Positions 54,957 to 56,875 of a stretch of DNA of 56,875 nt are shown here, one piece after another. This DNA comes from Candidatus Doudnabacteria bacterium (GTDB lineage Bacteria; Patescibacteriota; Doudnabacteria; UBA920). A program made the translations under genes and the position numbers. The notes below the pieces were generated by a model, which saw only the letters and a program-made list of their open reading frames with translations, ran no database searches and was not told where the DNA came from. The stretch's first letter is position 1. Each line of letters opens with the position of its first letter. Where the stretch lies: contig JAHFJH010000004.1 in assembly GCA_023245995.1 (NCBI GenBank), forward strand, positions 1 to 56,875, given 5' to 3'.

Positions 54957-56875
54957 CTAGTTCATGTTCCAGCTCATTGGCAGGTTATTGACTAGGTAGT
55001 CGCTTATCCAGGTAGATACACCGGTATCGCCAGTGGCTGAAGCAGATTCATCGCTCCAGGTAAACGATACGCTATTTGCTGAAGTTGAGTTATCAGCAGA
55101 GGTATATGCAGCCTTAGCAGCATGGGATGTGGTGTTCCTATCAAACTTGACGGACACGCTGTCTGTAGCGGCAATAGAGCCACCAATAGTTGCGCGAACT
55201 TCATATGTTGCGCCACCATTGAGAGATTCAACAGTGTCGTCGTCTGCAGGAGAACCAGAAGCATCGGAGTCAATAGTGATTAACATTTCACAAGAAACGT
55301 TAGAACCATTACATGTCGCGGCGCTAGAGTCACCATTCTGGAAGGTCATAGTAACACCAGTAACCTGGGTACCATCTCTATACAGAGTTGGGCTGGCAAC
55401 AGTTGGGGTAGTAGTTTTGCTTATTTCAAGCATAATCTGCTTCCATGCAATTGTACCAGTTCCATTGGTGTTTATGCTGAACTTAGCAATGGTCACGTTT
55501 GTACCAGCGGCTAAGTCAGAGTTTGGCAAAGCAACCTGAGTAATAGTTGGAATGGCCTTGTAAGCATACATGGCCTGACCAGCTGGGTTGTTTTCAATAG
55601 ACGGACCGGAATCGTTCGCGGAAACGTCTGTTGTGCCGTTTGAGCTACGAGCGGTAAAGCTCGTAAGAGTTGTAAGGAGAGATACATCAGATGTACCAGC
55701 ACCCACACCAATTGTGCTCATAACCAATTGTACTGTAATGACTTTGTCAGCATTTGGTGTAACCGGAATGCTTAAGCCACTAAAGGTAAGGCTTGAACCA
55801 GGGTGTGTAGCCAAGGTTGTAGAACCGTCCTTTAAGATTACGCTGGACACAGCTGTAACATCACCCAAAGTTAGGGTAAGGTCAGTTACTGTGTAGCTAT
55901 CTGTTACCGCATGGAACTTAATGGCATCGGTTGTAACCGTACCAGAGTCGTCCACTAAGGTAGCATTTGGTCTTGAAGCATCGGTAGTGGCAGTTACTGT
56001 ACCAGCGGCAACAGTCATAGTTTGACCAGCCAATACAGAACCGCTGTTTGTGCTCTTAGACTGACCTGACTGAGCAGTAGTGCCGCTAACGAGTAGTGAG
56101 GACAATATTGTGTCAGTCGCGGTAAAGTCAGCGCTCAAAGAAGCATACACATCAACTGTAACGGACTCATTTACGCCAAGCGTAAAGCTTGGTGACCATG
56201 TGTTGCTGTTAGATGTAGTTGAAGATGTAGCTGCAACAGTTGGCTTAACTGCAGTTTGAGCTGCACCATACTTCAAGTAGACATCAGTAATGTCTGCTGT
56301 GGTAAGGCTGCCGGAAGTATCGGTATCAGCAATTGTGAAGTTTAAAGTAAAGGTGTTCACATTTATGGCCTCTGTTGAGTTGCCAGTTATAGTAAAGGAA
56401 CCTACTTTAAATGCAGTTTGTGGTACAACAATACTCTGACTTGCATAGTTGGTTGTAGCAGCAATGCTAATAGAACCAGTAGTAATAGTTAAACTATTTG
56501 CTGGAACAGAAGCGGTTGGTACACCAATCATGCTCAAAGAAACTTGTGGAGTAGCGTTAGAGCTACCGGCAACCAAAGCAAATTGTGCGGTGGTTGTAGT
56601 TCCATTGGCAATTAAGTCAGTGCTGGTATCGTCTACCATATCGGAACGAACTTCAACAGTTCGTGGAGTACCAGGAGTTACAGTAAAGTTAGTGGTAAAT
56701 GAAGTACCAGTAGCATAGCTGTTTACACCAGCAACGCTGGTTGTGCTACCAACTTGGGAACCATCTACCAAAATACGTACATTGCGGAAGCTGTTGCTGG
56801 CATCGGTACCATTGGTATCAACACCTACAGTTAGAGTTTCCACTTTAATTGGTTCACCATAGGCAGTAAATGTCC
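54957..56875 (-). CDS. large Thr/Ser-rich surface protein with Ig-like repeats (5' end outside window)
   Basis: The frame stays open to the window edge; the GTG at 56843 in the ORF track is probably internal. More than 630 aa, about 30% Thr+Ser, with repeated beta-strand modules. Confidence 0.7.
   Translation of the reverse strand, partial: TFTAYGEPIKVETLTVGVDTNGTDASNSFRNVRILVDGSQVGSTTSVAGVNSYATGTSFTTNFTVTPGTPRTVEVRSDMVDDTSTDLIANGTTTTAQFALVAGSSNATPQVSLSMIGVPTASVPANSLTITTGSISIAATTNYASQSIVVPQTAFKVGSFTITGNSTEAINVNTFTLNFTIADTDTSGSLTTADITDVYLKYGAAQTAVKPTVAATSSTTSNSNTWSPSFTLGVNESVTVDVYASLSADFTATDTILSSLLVSGTTAQSGQSKSTNSGSVLAGQTMTVAAGTVTATTDASRPNATLVDDSGTVTTDAIKFHAVTDSYTVTDLTLTLGDVTAVSSVILKDGSTTLATHPGSSLTFSGLSIPVTPNADKVITVQLVMSTIGVGAGTSDVSLLTTLTSFTARSSNGTTDVSANDSGPSIENNPAGQAMYAYKAIPTITQVALPNSDLAAGTNVTIAKFSINTNGTGTIAWKQIMLEISKTTTPTVASPTLYRDGTQVTGVTMTFQNGDSSAATCNGSNVSCEMLITIDSDASGSPADDDTVESLNGGATYEVRATIGGSIAATDSVSVKFDRNTTSHAAKAAYTSADNSTSANSVSFTWSDESASATGDTGVSTWISDYLVNNLPMSWNMN

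Noticed and set aside
51873-56875. Diversity-generating retroelement targeting the surface proteins
   Set aside because: No reverse transcriptase ORF and no template/variable repeat pair could be found in the window, and the C-termini do not look like C-type lectin folds. This cannot be excluded for sequence beyond the contig end.
1-56875. Prophage, integrative element or transposon associated with the three tRNAs
   Set aside because: No integrase, recombinase, transposase, terminase or capsid-like ORF occurs in any frame. I found no direct repeat of a tRNA 3' end, so no mobile element is called.

Overview
Gene-dense bacterial chromosomal window with about 57 protein genes and 3 tRNAs. It uses the standard genetic code. 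I saw no rRNA, CRISPR array, transposase or integrase. All functional calls rest on motifs read by eye from the translations; no searches or computations were run. Contents, left to right: (1) tRNA-His, then a visibly AT-rich segment with an orphan KAP-type P-loop NTPase, preceded by a duplicated promoter-like module and a perfect palindrome. (2) Small membrane proteins and a class-A-like serine hydrolase. (3) A csoR-copA-HMA/permease-cupredoxin copper operon with a readable CsoR-type operator. (4) A lone RND pump. (5) A translationally coupled GH1-DMT-GH(clan A)-ROK sugar operon. (6) Assorted envelope and housekeeping genes (DedA, PIG-L, RmlA-like, ZIP, O-antigen-ligase-like, YbaK-like, AI-2E, typA, GNAT, holA). 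One alpha/beta hydrolase is interrupted by a single in-frame TAA. (7) tRNA-Arg in an odd context of tRNA-like fragments and hairpins, a CYTH/membrane-hydrolase/nucleotidyltransferase trio, and tRNA-Lys. (8) A type IV pilus pilB-pilC-pilM/N-pilO operon. (9) A ~9-kb glycan locus: priming phosphoglycosyltransferase, several GTs, three methyltransferases and a GT39/PMT-like enzyme. It abuts genes for Pro/Thr-, Gly- and Thr/Ser-rich secreted surface proteins, the last running off the window. The gene content suggests a monoderm, possibly Patescibacteria/CPR-like organism: T4P without outer-membrane parts, many membrane-anchored small hypotheticals, a Gmad2 domain and PT linkers. That assignment is inference only. 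The best candidates for something new are the KAP NTPase island with its non-coding module, a self-contained 36-codon hydrophobic mini-gene, the tRNA-Arg locus, and the glycan/surface-protein supercluster. None is demonstrated.
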